From NCBI RefSeq assembly GCF_001194135.2, contig NC_068985.1:13166123-13230049 (forward strand): a stretch of 63,927 nucleotides of DNA. Reading direction: 5' to 3'. This DNA comes from Octopus bimaculoides (lineage: Eukaryota). How positions within the stretch are numbered: position 1 is the first letter of the stretch; each line of letters begins with the position of its first letter. The notes beneath the pieces were generated by a model, which was not told where the DNA came from, did no database searches, and saw only the letters and a list, made by a program, of their open reading frames with translations. The translations under genes were made by a program, and so were the position numbers. Of this stretch, positions 51,017 to 63,914 are shown one piece after another.

Positions 51017-51674
51017 ATGACTCCAAGCAGTATGTGGATGAAGGTACTTTTCTGTAGTATCCTACTTCACCTATACGTTGCTCAATACACAAGATCTCTA
51101 GAAACACATTCCGAAGATGACAGCGAATCCGACAAACGAAGTATTATAGATGACGATTTCAAATCACTAGATCCAACATATTATCCTTCAGGCCTAGATA
51201 AACGACAACAACAATATTCAAAATTGGGCAGAAACATTCGTGTCATTGCACGTGGAATGGATCCCATGATGTTCGGTAATCTAGGAAAACGAATGGACCC
51301 CAACATGTTTGGATCATTGGGAAAACGATTCAACACGGACGGTAGAGAAAAGCAAGATAAGAAAATAGACCCATATATGTTTGGTAGCCTTGGAAAGAGA
51401 ATGGATCCTGCAATGTTCGGATCTCTTGGGAAACGAATGGATCCAATGCTGTACGGTAGTTTAGGAAAACGCATGAGCCCCGACTACATCAACTATGCCG
51501 GTAAACGATATGATCCAGTGTTATTCGGAGGTTTAGGGAAAAGAATGGACCCCATGTTATTCGGTGGTTTAGGGAAAAAGATGGACCCCAATATGTTTGG
51601 AACCCTAGGAAAACGTATGGACTCTATGATGTTCGGTCACCTCGGGAAAAGAGATGTATCTGGAATCAAAGTAG
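51017..51674 (+). CDS. Buccalin/allatostatin-A-like neuropeptide precursor, main coding exon (C-terminus continues in a later exon)
   Basis: Hydrophobic signal (MKVLFCSILLHLYVA), an acidic spacer, then repeated G-K-R/K-terminated peptides: GMDPMMFGNL, MDPNMFGSL, IDPYMFGSL, MDPAMFGSL, MDPMLYGSL, MSPDYINYA, YDPVLFGGL, MDPMLFGGL, MDPNMFGTL, MDSMMFGHL. These resemble Aplysia buccalin (GMDSLAFSGGLa) and molluscan AstA. Polypyrimidine tract plus AG at 51003-51004 lies 12 nt before the ATG; strong donor TAG/GTAAGT follows 51674 (phase 1). Confidence 0.92.
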
Positions 51675-51680
51675 GTAAGT
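51672..51680 (+). promoter_or_regulatory. 5' splice donor ending the neuropeptide coding exon
   Basis: tag/gtaagt consensus donor; the ORF past this point (GKSKHLFVHFLRLQLIEHSL) has no peptide features. Confidence 0.75.
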
Positions 51681-52061
51681 CAAAACATTTATTCGTTCAC
51701 TTTTTACGCCTGCAACTTATCGAACACTCACTATAAGCTTTACGCAGGAACCGAAAAGATCATAAACGGGCGAAAAATATAAAACAATATATAAGTTCTG
51801 TGGGGCGGGGTGTTTTGTTTTTCGAGCGGTAAATGTCCAAGCATAATATTCGGTTTAAACCCTTTTGGATAGAAAAATGGAAGGTTATCTATAATATATC
51901 TTCGTTCGATGCGTCAAATATTCAAGCCACCATCGAGATATATCTACGAGTGTATGCATATATATTGATAGAAAAGACAACAATAGAAAGAAAGAGACCT
52001 CGATAGTATGTAAATAGAGGAATTTATGTCACATAGTATATATATATATAGATAGATAGAT

Positions 52062-52235
52062 ATATAAGGCGCTGAAAAGTCTACGACCCCAGTGTTCCAC
52101 TGGTACTTATTTCATCGACCTCTAAAGAATGAGTGTCAAAAATTGACGCTGGCGGAATGTGCACTCGAAACGTAATGATGGACTGAGTGCTGCAAAGAAT
52201 TTAGACCGGTATACTAACGAGTCTGCCAGTTCCTC
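52062..52235 (-). mobile_element. SINE family A, decayed, in the intron after the neuropeptide exon
   Basis: ccagtgttccactggtacttatttcatcgacc..ggcggaatgtgcactc..ctgccag. Confidence 0.65.
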
Positions 52236-52532
52236 TCTCCAACCACAATTTGATATTATAAAGTAATTATTAGTTCCATTTCATTAAAAATATCGTTGGT
52301 AAGAGCCATGGCCCAAGAGGCGAAGTTCTGGTCGGGATGCTAAATCGCATTACTTACATCGCTAATTTTGTTCAGAAAATAATTAAAGAACTTCATTCTT
52401 AGTTTGAATACCGTCATATACAATTACCCTGAGGCTGTTATTTTGTAGTCATTGTTTCCCTGCTTTTCCTTCTCCCATTCACTGCCTAGATTTTGCACAA
52501 AAACATGTTCCTCCATGATCAGATATTGTCAG

Positions 52533-52748
<216 letters not shown>

Positions 52749-52915
52749 CCACTCCCAACTGAAACACGAACACTGCTGTAGGTACAAGAAAGCGGTATTT
52801 CCAGCAAACATTTGAATATATTTTCAGCATATTTGACCTGTGCAATGGCCGTATCGACTGTTGTTTACGTTGAGACGAATTTTCCCTTTCGGCAATTGGT
52901 GTTAAAAAAAATCTG

Positions 52916-52964
<49 letters not shown>

Positions 52965-54589
52965 GACAAACTGGCAGATAGAGAGACTTAGAGAGACAAT
53001 AGAATTTATTTTAAAACTTTATTGAATGTTTTATTAATAAGTCACTCACGCCCCTTTCTGAATAACACACCCAACCAAATTATTGACATTCCTTCCGCAC
53101 CAGTGATGCGTTCGGAGACCATCAGAGATACTAGCGGAGGTCGATAGGTCGAACTCAACTGACATCGCGCAGAATTAATGACACATAGATAGTGGGTTTT
53201 TATTATCGCTTAGCTTCAAATCAGTTCTCATCGAGTTCTAAAAATGGAGGATGTTCTAAACGTAACCTTTCTTTGTTGTATAAATTGGAAAATATGTACT
53301 GGCCTTTTTGAAAACAGACTTGAGTGTTATATGAGGCATTTTTCAGCAAATCGATCGATAAGATAGTGACGAATTTATTGGGTTTATCGAGCGAATCGAA
53401 ACCATTTATACATTTACTTTGTAGATATTCTATGATATTGAAAACATGAGAAACACCTTATACAATTCGACAACTAGTATGGAACGTACTTCGTACATTA
53501 AAGTTATAATCTCTCCTGCCCAGAGATTTTAATCATGGTATCTTATTAATTGTCATTTTATTTCACAACTTATAATCTACAATAAATCGATAAATTACAT
53601 TTAGTGTTTAGCTATTTCTTATGATAACTGTAATTTGTAGAAGTCTTAATAAATTAGTTCAATGACATTGTGTAGCACTCATTTGCTACAGAGTTATCAG
53701 TTAAACTGACAAACGTTGATGGGAGCTCAATATACGCTGGTGATGGCGTTTATGAAGTAAACATCTGACTAAGTTTATACAACCATTACAGCTTTTCATT
53801 CGCTGCAAAACCGTTCGAGGTAATGAATAAGTTTCGTTATCTCACAAATTCCCAGAAATTATAGCGAAATATAGCCTCTCCATATCATGCCCTGTATTTT
53901 AAGCAAGGATACATTATATAATTATTTTTGAAATTCGTAAAGAGACTTAAGCGTCATAACTAGAATATCTCCGATCAGAGTTTTGCTCAAACTAGGACAA
54001 GTTTTGGCGAAACAAACGATCTGTGGTCAACCAATTTGTTATACATATATTAAGCTGAAATATCTCGAATATATTCCACAGGGAAATGAATCAATCTTCT
54101 GTGTAAATATTTTCCTCAGAAATACTTTAGTATTTAACCCGGTGCTTCTTGTGTTTGAGGCACTGCTATATGAGAGCTCCTTTAAGTTTAAAACCTGCTG
54201 GGGTATGACACAAAATAACAATGTATTGCAACTTGATTTTCTGCTTCCTTTCCACCCAAACCACTTTAATCGTTTAACTAAAATTCATAAAATGGAAAAT
54301 CACTCATACAATAGATGTCATTTCTAGATTGGACAAAATGCCGCGAATTTCTTGGAATATTTAGCTGTCGACTAATTCGAAGCCGAAAAATTGTTACAAG
54401 TTGAAAATAACAGCAATGCTGTGACATAAAAGGCGATAGCAAAGTCAAAGCGGATAATTATCAAATGGAACTGCTCTGCGATGATGTTTATACCTACGGA
54501 CTATAAATGTATGACAGGTGTGTTGTCCCTGAAGGTTTAGGGCATCATTAAGTCAGGTAGATTCAGGATTATAAGGATGCCCTCTATTC

Positions 54590-55035
54590 CTGACGATATT
54601 AAGAGTGATCCTTTCAACGCTATTGTTGATTCAGTCCTTCTGAACGGTTCTTCAGCATGGATACGGAGCGAGAGATGTGAATAGAAGCTTGAAGGTACAT
54701 ACACGTGCATGTTTCAATCTTTCTTGATAGCAACACCCAACAAAAGAACTAATGGCAGTCTTCCTGCCATCACCTCCGTAATCACAGAAAGATTAGACCA
54801 TCATGCTGAAGAAACAAGAATGAAATATCCATCGCTCCCTTTCTCTGGAAATCATGCGTGGACATGCAATTATTGGCTGACCAGGAAGAGAATAAATCGA
54901 TCAGCTTGCAGAAGACAATGGATATTACGTTGCGAATATGAAGACTGCTATGGACGATCGAGACATCTATTATGGAAGAGTTGTAACGTTCTAGACAAAT
55001 CGTCTAGCCATATAAGTAGAAGTTTTGTTGAATAA
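54590..55035 (+). mobile_element. RTE-clade LINE 3' remnant
   Basis: FNAIVDSVLLNGSSAW..KLEGTYTCM..PNKRTNGSLPAITSVITER and IDQLAEDNGYYVANMKTAMDDRD match the RTE C-terminal consensus (SVLLYGSETW, LDGTYTRM, LYGNLP.I, IDQL.ED, AM.DR); stops and frameshifts present. Confidence 0.72.
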
Positions 55036-56244
55036 ACTTCATGTAATGGCGACAATTATCTCATACCACATGTTTCTGCTGAAGGAGTGTCTCTGAAAAT
55101 TTTAATATTTTCTGGAGACAAATATATCGATTTTATTGCAATAGAGCTAACCAATGCCTTTATTGACTGCATTTCATAAAATTAGATGTCGTTAGTATAA
55201 TCTCATCAGAATTCTAGATGAAAGAGGGCAGAGATATTGCATTTTCACCGGCCTTTGATCCCAACGAGTGACGTTGCAATCAACAAATACCTTTAATTTT
55301 GTTCTGAGTGAATGCCAATAATTTCTTATAATACCACGAAGTGGTTTGACAGATGCTAAGGATATGATAACCTTGGGATCCTGGAAAAGCTAAACTTAGG
55401 AGTTAGAAGTATTTCGAAAGCTAAGTTGGCTGTTGTTATAGAGCTCTGTGAGTGGATGTTTTCAATTGTAATGGGAAGTGATTAGAGAGAATACCTGACC
55501 TTTTTGAAAGTATTACGTTAGTTATGGCACGGTTAGGAATTTTGATTACTATAAACTGGTAGTTTCTAAACGGTAACTTTCAAGTTATATGGTGGGGATG
55601 GGGGGGGGGGGCGTTATACCAAATCGATTTCCTATACTGCTGTCTACGCCGTCAGTGTAATATTTACCGCTTCTTCCATATCCTCAATATAGGCGGCCTG
55701 TAAATGGTGTTCCTGTCTAAAGACTCTTCTGCCTACTCATATAAGGAGATAAATAATTATTACTGATGACGTTTATAATTTATAGAGATGTGTAGAATCT
55801 GTTCAGGTCTTTTGCACTTCTAAGATTTGCTGGTTGCCTAATCTAGCAACATCCAGTAATTTGGGTATCTTATATTTAGCAAAGGAGATGATGCATGACC
55901 AGAATTCCTCATATATTCCTACTAAACCATTTCTAAACCCATCCCTACTATATCCTTTCTTAATGTTTGAAAGTATGAAATTGCTAAGCATTTATCTTTG
56001 TACAGTGAGTAGATATTGGATGTTATGATTTCTGAGATAACAACGATAAAGAGATCTCCTAAGATATAGCCGTCTAAGTCACAGCGTGTCATCACTAGGT
56101 AATATGACCAAAGGACATTCGTCTAATTTCTCTCTAGAAACGATACGACCAAAACGAAAATATTATATGTTATAATTAAAATACAGTGTAACAGGTGCAA
56201 TTTTTGTTGTATATACATATAATATATAAACATGTATATATGTG

Positions 56245-56287
<43 letters not shown>

Positions 56288-56489
56288 AACATACATATAC
56301 GTACATATCGAATGAGGACAAAACACACACGCACACGCAGACACCCACGATCATGAGCGTGCACACACACACACACACACACTGTGTATGTGTGCGTGTG
56401 AGCATATATGTGTGTGTGTGTTTGTGTTCGTGCGTGTGTGTGTGTGTGTGTGTTTGTGTTCGTGCGTGTGTGTGTGTGTGTTTGTGTTC

Positions 56490-56525
<36 letters not shown>

Positions 56526-57574
56526 GTAAAATTTATGAGATCACTCTCGTAGTTATTGGAATAAAATTTAAAAATCGGAAACAAAAATACCTTGTGGATA
56601 AAGTTGTTTATTCAACCATAGAACATATATTCGAAGCATGAATTTGTACTCATATTCTCTGTATTGTCGTTGTTGCTTCTGTTTTTCTGAATAACATTAG
56701 TATTAATATTATTACCATCATTTTCAGGATCATCATCATTATTATAATAATAATTATTATTATTAACCTTATTACAAAATCCTAATCTGTCTCATTATAA
56801 CATTCTAATCATGTTCTCTCTTCAAAAATGATTATTTTGTTATTTTCCTTCAATGTACACTTTGATAATATTTTCATATTTGCCAGAGATTATCTTCTTC
56901 AAACTGTTCATTTCCCTACAGACTTTCCTGGTGGAGTCGATCTTCATGTATCGCTTGCATTTTATCCATACCGAATAGACTTTGATTTTTAAAAATAATC
57001 AAACAGTTGTTTTGCTATCGAATACCGATTCCTAATTCCATTGTTGTTTGCACTGAAAAGAAGAAATCATTTCTATCAGCTGTAGTTAGTTATACACACA
57101 GGAGACGCACGCTTATACATATATTCTAGTTATCCTGTAATACAAACGATGGTGTACAATTGCTATTATAGAAATGGTTTCGTTACAAAGTGATCGATGA
57201 ACTGTTGCATCTGTTACACTGTATAACTGAAACATTTAACTGCCCATTAACCAAATGCATGAGTTCTCTAAACTGTTATTTATCACACATCTCTTAAAAT
57301 ATGGCTTTAATTGTTGAACTATTAGTAAATGGTTATTGATATATAAGAATGCTTTAGTATATTTCTCAATTGTTTATTTATCATGAGTAAATATCTCTGT
57401 CAGTTTAAATGAAAACACATCTTGACTCACCGTCTCTTTGAAAGTTCACGATACTTGTTATTAGTATAAACAGGGAATGTGAGCTTAGTTTTTTTTTTTT
57501 TCTCATCGTTGATGAATGCTGCGGTCTATGAACTATTAGGCCTTATGTTATGAAAATTCTAACGGACACTAAAT

Positions 57575-57765
57575 ATCCTTTTCTACTCTAGGCCCGAAGT
57601 TTTTGTGGAGGGGGCCAGTCGATTAGATCGAACTCAGTGTGCAACTGGTACTTAATTTATCGACCCCGAAATGATGAAAGGCAAAGTCGACCTCGTCGGA
57701 ATTTGAACTCAGAACGTAAAGACAGACGAAATAGCGCAAAGCATTTCGCCCGACGTGCCAACGTA
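57575..57765 (-). mobile_element. SINE family A (tail type 1)
   Basis: ttttctactctaggc..gaaatgatgaaaggcaaagtcgacctc..aatttgaactcagaacgtaaagacagacgaaat. Confidence 0.8.
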
Positions 57766-58349
57766 CTAAGACAGAAAAAGCAGGAGTTTATTTAACTTAC
57801 GACGGCTACCATGAATAGGTGTTAAGTTGGAAGGTAATTTACGGTACAGTGACAAAGATCCAATTATCAGCTTCTTTGGTGATAATGGTATCTTCGGTCG
57901 GAGATGGAGGGAATGTGGCAATTTCACCTTAAATGATATTGAGGGAGTTTGCATACTTTCGAGATCAAAGAGGTTTAATGCGCGATGGCTGAAGACTTTG
58001 TACCTGTCGAAGACAATTACCTGATCAAAGCTAGGTTTGAAGTGTGATGGGTGGCAAAAGAGTTAAGCGATGGTATAGTCAATATTAGAAGCCGGTGGTA
58101 TGCTGTAAAAATAAGTACAGAGTTTTGTGGAACGGACGTTTTGTTTGGTGAATCTGTGGGCCTGGCAATCGCCATTATATGGAATGAAAGTTATGGTGCA
58201 AAAGCCCTATTGAGGGGTGGCCAATCAAAAGGCAGATTAACGATGACAGAGCGGAGAAGTGTAGCAGTTTATGTTGAATGTAGGGGTTATGAAGTATGCG
58301 AGGTGGTGCCCCAGCATGGCCGCAGTCAGGTGGCTGAAACGAGTAAAAG

Positions 58350-58402
<53 letters not shown>

Positions 58403-59442
58403 GCACATGCTTGAATATATGTGAATATTTGTGGGTGTGCATGTGTGTGCATAGTCACCAAGCAGTGCTCAAAGAGATCGAACTCTCAAATTTCACCTTC
58501 TTAATCAGGTTGAGGTCATCCTGATGTAGAATAGATGGCTAGAAGAACGACCAAAATCGAGTATATTTCAAACAGGAGCGGCGGATAGAGTTGCTGGCGT
58601 CAGGAATGCTTTATATGGAAACGTATGTTTTACAAATGTAAGCAAGTCCTATCTTTAGAGTTGATTCAAATAATTTAACAAATGGTTGATATAGCAAGGC
58701 ATAATATATAGACAACTCTATTATTGGGGTAATATTTCGATTAAACATAAAACAAATATAGTATCTAAAAGCACGAATATTGATATGCGATTATCTTCGT
58801 GCGGCGATGTAGCGACATAATTTTCTAAAGTCTTAAAAGCAAATGCACCTAGCGACGTAAACTTTACAAAAAGATTGACGTCCATAAATTAAGGAGAGAA
58901 GTAGTAGAGAGGTTATAGTTGAAGGTACAGAAATAGAGAGAAGATATGGACGAGAAAATGTGAAAATGTGTTAATAATTAGGAGAGAAGTGTTGCTTTAG
59001 AAGCAGGTAGGCAGTATGTGGAGGAATAAAACTGTATTTCTATAGCTCTGTCTGCATTACTTTCAAATATGATACTATGTGGCTTGACTTCGTTGTAAAA
59101 CATATTGTTACTGTAGGAACATCTCACTTTCTCCCTTCCGTGTACCGTACATCGGTATGACCAAGTGTTAAAAATCTACTTTTTCTAATCATCCTTCGTT
59201 TAAAACACTTCAATACATCCATCGCCATTTTACACTGAAGCACTGTAGAAAAATTTGGAGAGATACTTTTCACAAATGACTAATTATTTTACAACAATCA
59301 TCGATATTGTCTCATGAGATTTTCGAGATATCTGTCGTGCTATGATGGGTCAGATATGAATTTCTACTTCCTTATCTATAATAAGTTTCCAGACTTTAGA
59401 TGCACTATCTACGCTCCATTTAGGTCAGTTCTTTATGATGAA

Positions 59443-59444
<2 letters not shown>

Positions 59445-59476
<32 letters not shown>

Positions 59477-59489
59477 CATTATTATTATT

Positions 59490-59526
<37 letters not shown>

Positions 59527-59627
59527 ATTCGGAGTCGATGGAATGAATACCAGTTGAACACTGGAGTCGATGTAACCGACTCATCCCCTTCCCCAAAATT
59601 GCTGCCCTTGTTGCAAATTTTGAAACA

Positions 59628-59699
<72 letters not shown>

Positions 59700-59703
59700 G
59701 TTA

Positions 59704-59767
<64 letters not shown>

Positions 59768-59780
59768 CATTATTATTATC
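59445..59780. repeat. (ATT)n/(CAT)n arrays around a SINE A type-3 3' end
   Basis: Visible directly; SINE piece 59530-59625. Confidence 0.9.
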
Positions 59781-59829
59781 ATATGGTTAAAAATTTGTTG
59801 GCTAATTTATGTAGCCAGTCTAACTACCT

Positions 59830-60030
59830 GTGCACAGCCATCCGCCATGATTGACGACTAGATAGCTACAAAAGTTTTTTTTTATTCTGTCTCTATTTAT
59901 TTCCACATGTTCCTTTCTGTTGAAGAGCATAGGCTCGAAACGTAAAAGATTTTTACACCTTCCCGATCGTTAAACTAATACACCTGTTTGTTGTTCATAC
60001 ACTGTCTTTGTTTTTTGTTTTTCTATCAGT
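59830..60030 (+). mobile_element. Penelope-like terminal repeat family 2, copy 2
   Basis: ccttt-ctgttga-a-gagc(atag)gctc-gaaac-gta-aaaga at 59912-59949; homologous to the copies at 1.8 kb and 61.2 kb. Confidence 0.55.
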
Positions 60031-60612
60031 TTCAACTATAAATATATAGCATTTATAGTTCTAGGTTCTATGTGCGTAAACACCGTGAGATATTAGAAAG
60101 ATATACACCCCACCTTTGTTTTTCTAGCGTATTCTACAATGTAGTGGAGTGTAATTATGAAATGCAATGATTTTATCTTTAGATTGATTCCAGTGTATCA
60201 GATACTTAAACTCTCTTTGGAGTATTCTACGTTGTGAAGTAATGTTTTCAAGAGGGGAAAATATTATTATCTATTAAAAAGAAGCTTATCCAGATGCCAT
60301 AGTTGAGTAATTAAGAAAATGTAATTTACAACATCCTCTTGAAAATAACGACCAATTATTGATTGTATAAAGCGAGAAAGTCTGTTTTGACAACGTTACA
60401 CGCTCAGCGAGTAATGTATTTTAATGGCTACTTCACATCTACTTGAATATTGAATAAATACGCAAAAGTAATTTCCCAAACACAAGCTCAGAAAACACGC
60501 ATGTACACATTGACATAAATTTACGTTTATATTTACTGACGTTTCCACCTTACAAAATATTGCTGGCTGTCAAAGGCACATACAGATTCTCAACAGAACT
60601 CATACATGTGTG

Positions 60613-60662
<50 letters not shown>

Positions 60663-60917
60663 NNNNNNNNNNNNNNNNNNNNNNNNNNNNNNNNNNNNNN
60701 NNNNNNNNNNNNNNNNNNNNNNNNNNNNNNNNNNNNNNNNNNNNNNNNNNNNNNNNNNNNNNNNNNNNNNNNNNNNNNNNNNNNNNNNNNNNNNNNNNNN
60801 NNNNNNNNNNNNNNNNNNNNNNNNNNNNNNNNNNNNNNNNNNNNNNNNNNNNNNNNNNNNNNNNNNNNNNNNNNNNNNNNNNNNNNNNNNNNNNNNNNNN
60901 NNNNNNNNNTATATATA

Positions 60918-60953
<36 letters not shown>

Positions 60954-61149
60954 TGTATGTATGTATATGAATATATATATGCATATATATATATATATAT
61001 GAATATATATATACATATATGCATATTATATAGATATACACACATAGATATATCCCCATACACATACCTAAATATAAGTATATATCTATATATGTATGTG
61101 TATACATATTCATACATACATGAATATATACATATATGCATTATATATA

Positions 61150-61330
61150 GGCAGAATTCAGAAAAAAATAAACAAAAGACGGAAGCAGGTGGTGTAGACA
61201 ACAAACAGATCTATTAGTTTAACGCTCGAGAAGTGAAAAAGTCTTTAACGTTTCGAACCTACGCCCTTCCGCAGAAAGAAACAAGGAGAGAAAATAAAGA
61301 ATGTGTAGCGGCTAGCGATCTATCATGACG
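61150..61330 (-). mobile_element. Penelope-like terminal repeat family 2, copy 3
   Basis: Strongly similar to 1712-1905 over about 180 bp. Confidence 0.6.
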
Positions 61331-62058
61331 AATGCCGGACAGAAGGGTCACACAGGAGAGCTAGGAAGAACGGGAGTTAATGTAGTCGTGGTGATCCCTA
61401 AAGAAAGGTGCACGTACGTACATACATACATAGATACATACATACATACATGCTTACGCATTAAATAGCTTATGGCATAGGCACAAGGTATGAAGTCTGG
61501 AACGGTGTTAATTGCTAACAACAACCAAATACACTGCTACATGATTTTATCGAACTCGAAGGGCGAAAGGCAAAGTTGTGTACTTCAGAATTTGAACGCA
61601 AAGAGAAAGAACTTTGGAAGAAACTGCAGCAAGGCGTTTTAAATGAAATACTGGAAATTCTGTCGCTTGACTTGGATTTGGTTTACCATTATAGACTTCA
61701 CTGTTACGCTAAACATAAAATCCATGGCAGCTTGAGGTTTCTGTCATTCTAATATGCTAAGAGCATGTATGAATGGTAAATTAAAATAAGTGTTTCACTG
61801 GGAAACAGTGTACAAGTCCAAGAGCCAGTTGCACCTGTGCTTAATGCATTTTGGCAGTACAAGCAAAATCGTACATGAACAAATAATAGATCACTGCACA
61901 AGTATTCACATACACAGGTGCACACAGACACTTAGAGAGAGATACAGAGAGACAGAGACATACATACATATATATTTGTATGAATGTATGGATTATGTAT
62001 GTGTATGTATACATATGCTCACACACACATAGACACTCACACGAACATATATTTATAA

Positions 62059-62118
<60 letters not shown>

Positions 62119-62120
<2 letters not shown>

Positions 62121-62322
62121 CTTTTACACTTTTACTTGTTTCAGTCATATGATGACTGTGGCCATGCTGGAGCACGGCCTTTAATCGAGCAAATCGACCC
62201 AGGACTTATACTTTGCAAGCCTAGTTCTTATTCTATCGTCTCTTTCGCCGAACCGCTAAGTTACGGGAACGTAAACACACCAGCATCGGTTGTCAAGCGA
62301 TGTTGGGGTGACAAACTCAGAG

Positions 62323-62379
<57 letters not shown>

Positions 62380-62511
62380 CATACATATGACGGGGTTCTT
62401 TCAGTTTCCGTCTACCAAATCCACTCACAAGTCTTTGGTCGGCCCGAGGCAATAGTAGAAGACTCTTGCCCAAGGTGCCACGCAGTGGGACTGAACCCTG
62501 AACCCGGAATG
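62119..62511 (-). mobile_element. SINE family B, near full length
   Basis: Reverse complement of family B with internal (CA)n. Confidence 0.82.
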
Positions 62512-62715
62512 TATATNNNNNNNNNNNNNNNNNNNNNNNNNNNNNNNNNNNNNNNNNNNNNNNNNNNNNNNNNNNNNNNNNNNNNNNNNNNNNNNNNNNN
62601 NNNNNNNNNNNNNNNNNNNNNNNNNNNNNNNNNNNNNNNNNNNNNNNNNNNNNNNNNNNNNNNNNNNNNNNNNNNNNNNNNNNNNNNNNNNNNNNNNNNN
62701 ATAATATACATAAAC

Positions 62716-63032
62716 TGGCACTCCGTCGGTTACGACGACGAGGGTTCTAGTTGATCCGATTAAAAGGACACCTTGCTCCTGAAATTAACATGCAAGTGGC
62801 TGAGCACTCCACAGATACGCGTACCCGTAAAGGAGCTCCCAGAGAGAGTAAGCGTAACACAGAATGTGACAAGACTGGCCCTTTTTCAAATACAGATACA
62901 ACTTATTTTGCCAACTGAATTAATTGGAGCAACGTGAAATAAAGTGTCTTGCTGAAGGGCTCAAAGCATCGCCGGGAATTGAACTCATGATCTTACGATC
63001 GTGAGCCGAATGCCCTAACCACTAAAGCACGC
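62716..63032 (-). mobile_element. Chimeric SINE: family C-type head plus family D tail
   Basis: Head gcgtgcttagtggttagggcattcggctcacgatcgtaag and cttcagcaagacactttatttcacgttgctcca resemble family C; tail identical in layout to family D. Confidence 0.7.
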
Positions 63033-63144
63033 ATGTTGGCAGTACAAGCAAAATCATACGTGCGAACATGATCAAAGAAACAGACATACGTTGACTCGAA
63101 CACTGCACACGTATACACACACAGAAAGGTGCGTACTGGTAGAT

Positions 63145-63156
63145 AGAAAGATAGAT

Positions 63157-63214
<58 letters not shown>

Positions 63215-63375
63215 TGATACAGACAGACTGATACAGACAGACTGATACAGACAGACTGATACAGACAGACTGATACAGACAGACAGACGGATACAGACAG
63301 AGACAGACAGACAGACAGACAGACAGAGACAGACAGACAGACAGAGACAGACAGACAGAGACAGACAGACAGAGA
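63145..63375. repeat. (GATA)/(GA)/(GACA)n with 14-bp GACTGATACAGACA minisatellite
   Basis: About five copies of the 14-mer at 63211-63290. Confidence 0.9.
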
Positions 63376-63809
63376 CATATTACGTATATACATATACATG
63401 CATATATATGATCAGTAAATCACAAATCGGAAAAGAGAAGCACACCTGTTTCTCAGTCTATGCGTATGTGTGTGAACAAGAGTTAGTACACAATGCTGCA
63501 AGTAGAGTCATATATGTTGTATTTTATTCCAGAAATGTTTACTTCGTGTTATACTTTTCCCAGTCGTAGCAGGATTAGTGACAATGGAAACATAACATAA
63601 GATACTTAAAATTACATACAATCGTGATAACTGTATATCCAGGGGAGTTCTGACTAAGCTGAAATGAAACACGATGTTTAAGACAGGAAATGTATTCCCT
63701 GAGCATATACATGTGGTACGTAATTCAAATGAAAATATTAGAGAATGGAATAAGGCGAGCAATAGAGAGAAAAACGAAACGTGTTGCTGGAAACAAAGCA
63801 CAAACACAA

Positions 63810-63914
<105 letters not shown>

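Noticed and set aside
51181-51474. Minus-strand 97-aa ORF with repeats (RFPxLPN)
   Set aside because: Antisense shadow of the repetitive neuropeptide exon.
51675-51736. C-terminal 20 aa of the 239-aa ORF as true coding sequence
   Set aside because: Begins at a consensus GTAAGT donor and has no peptide features; probably intronic.
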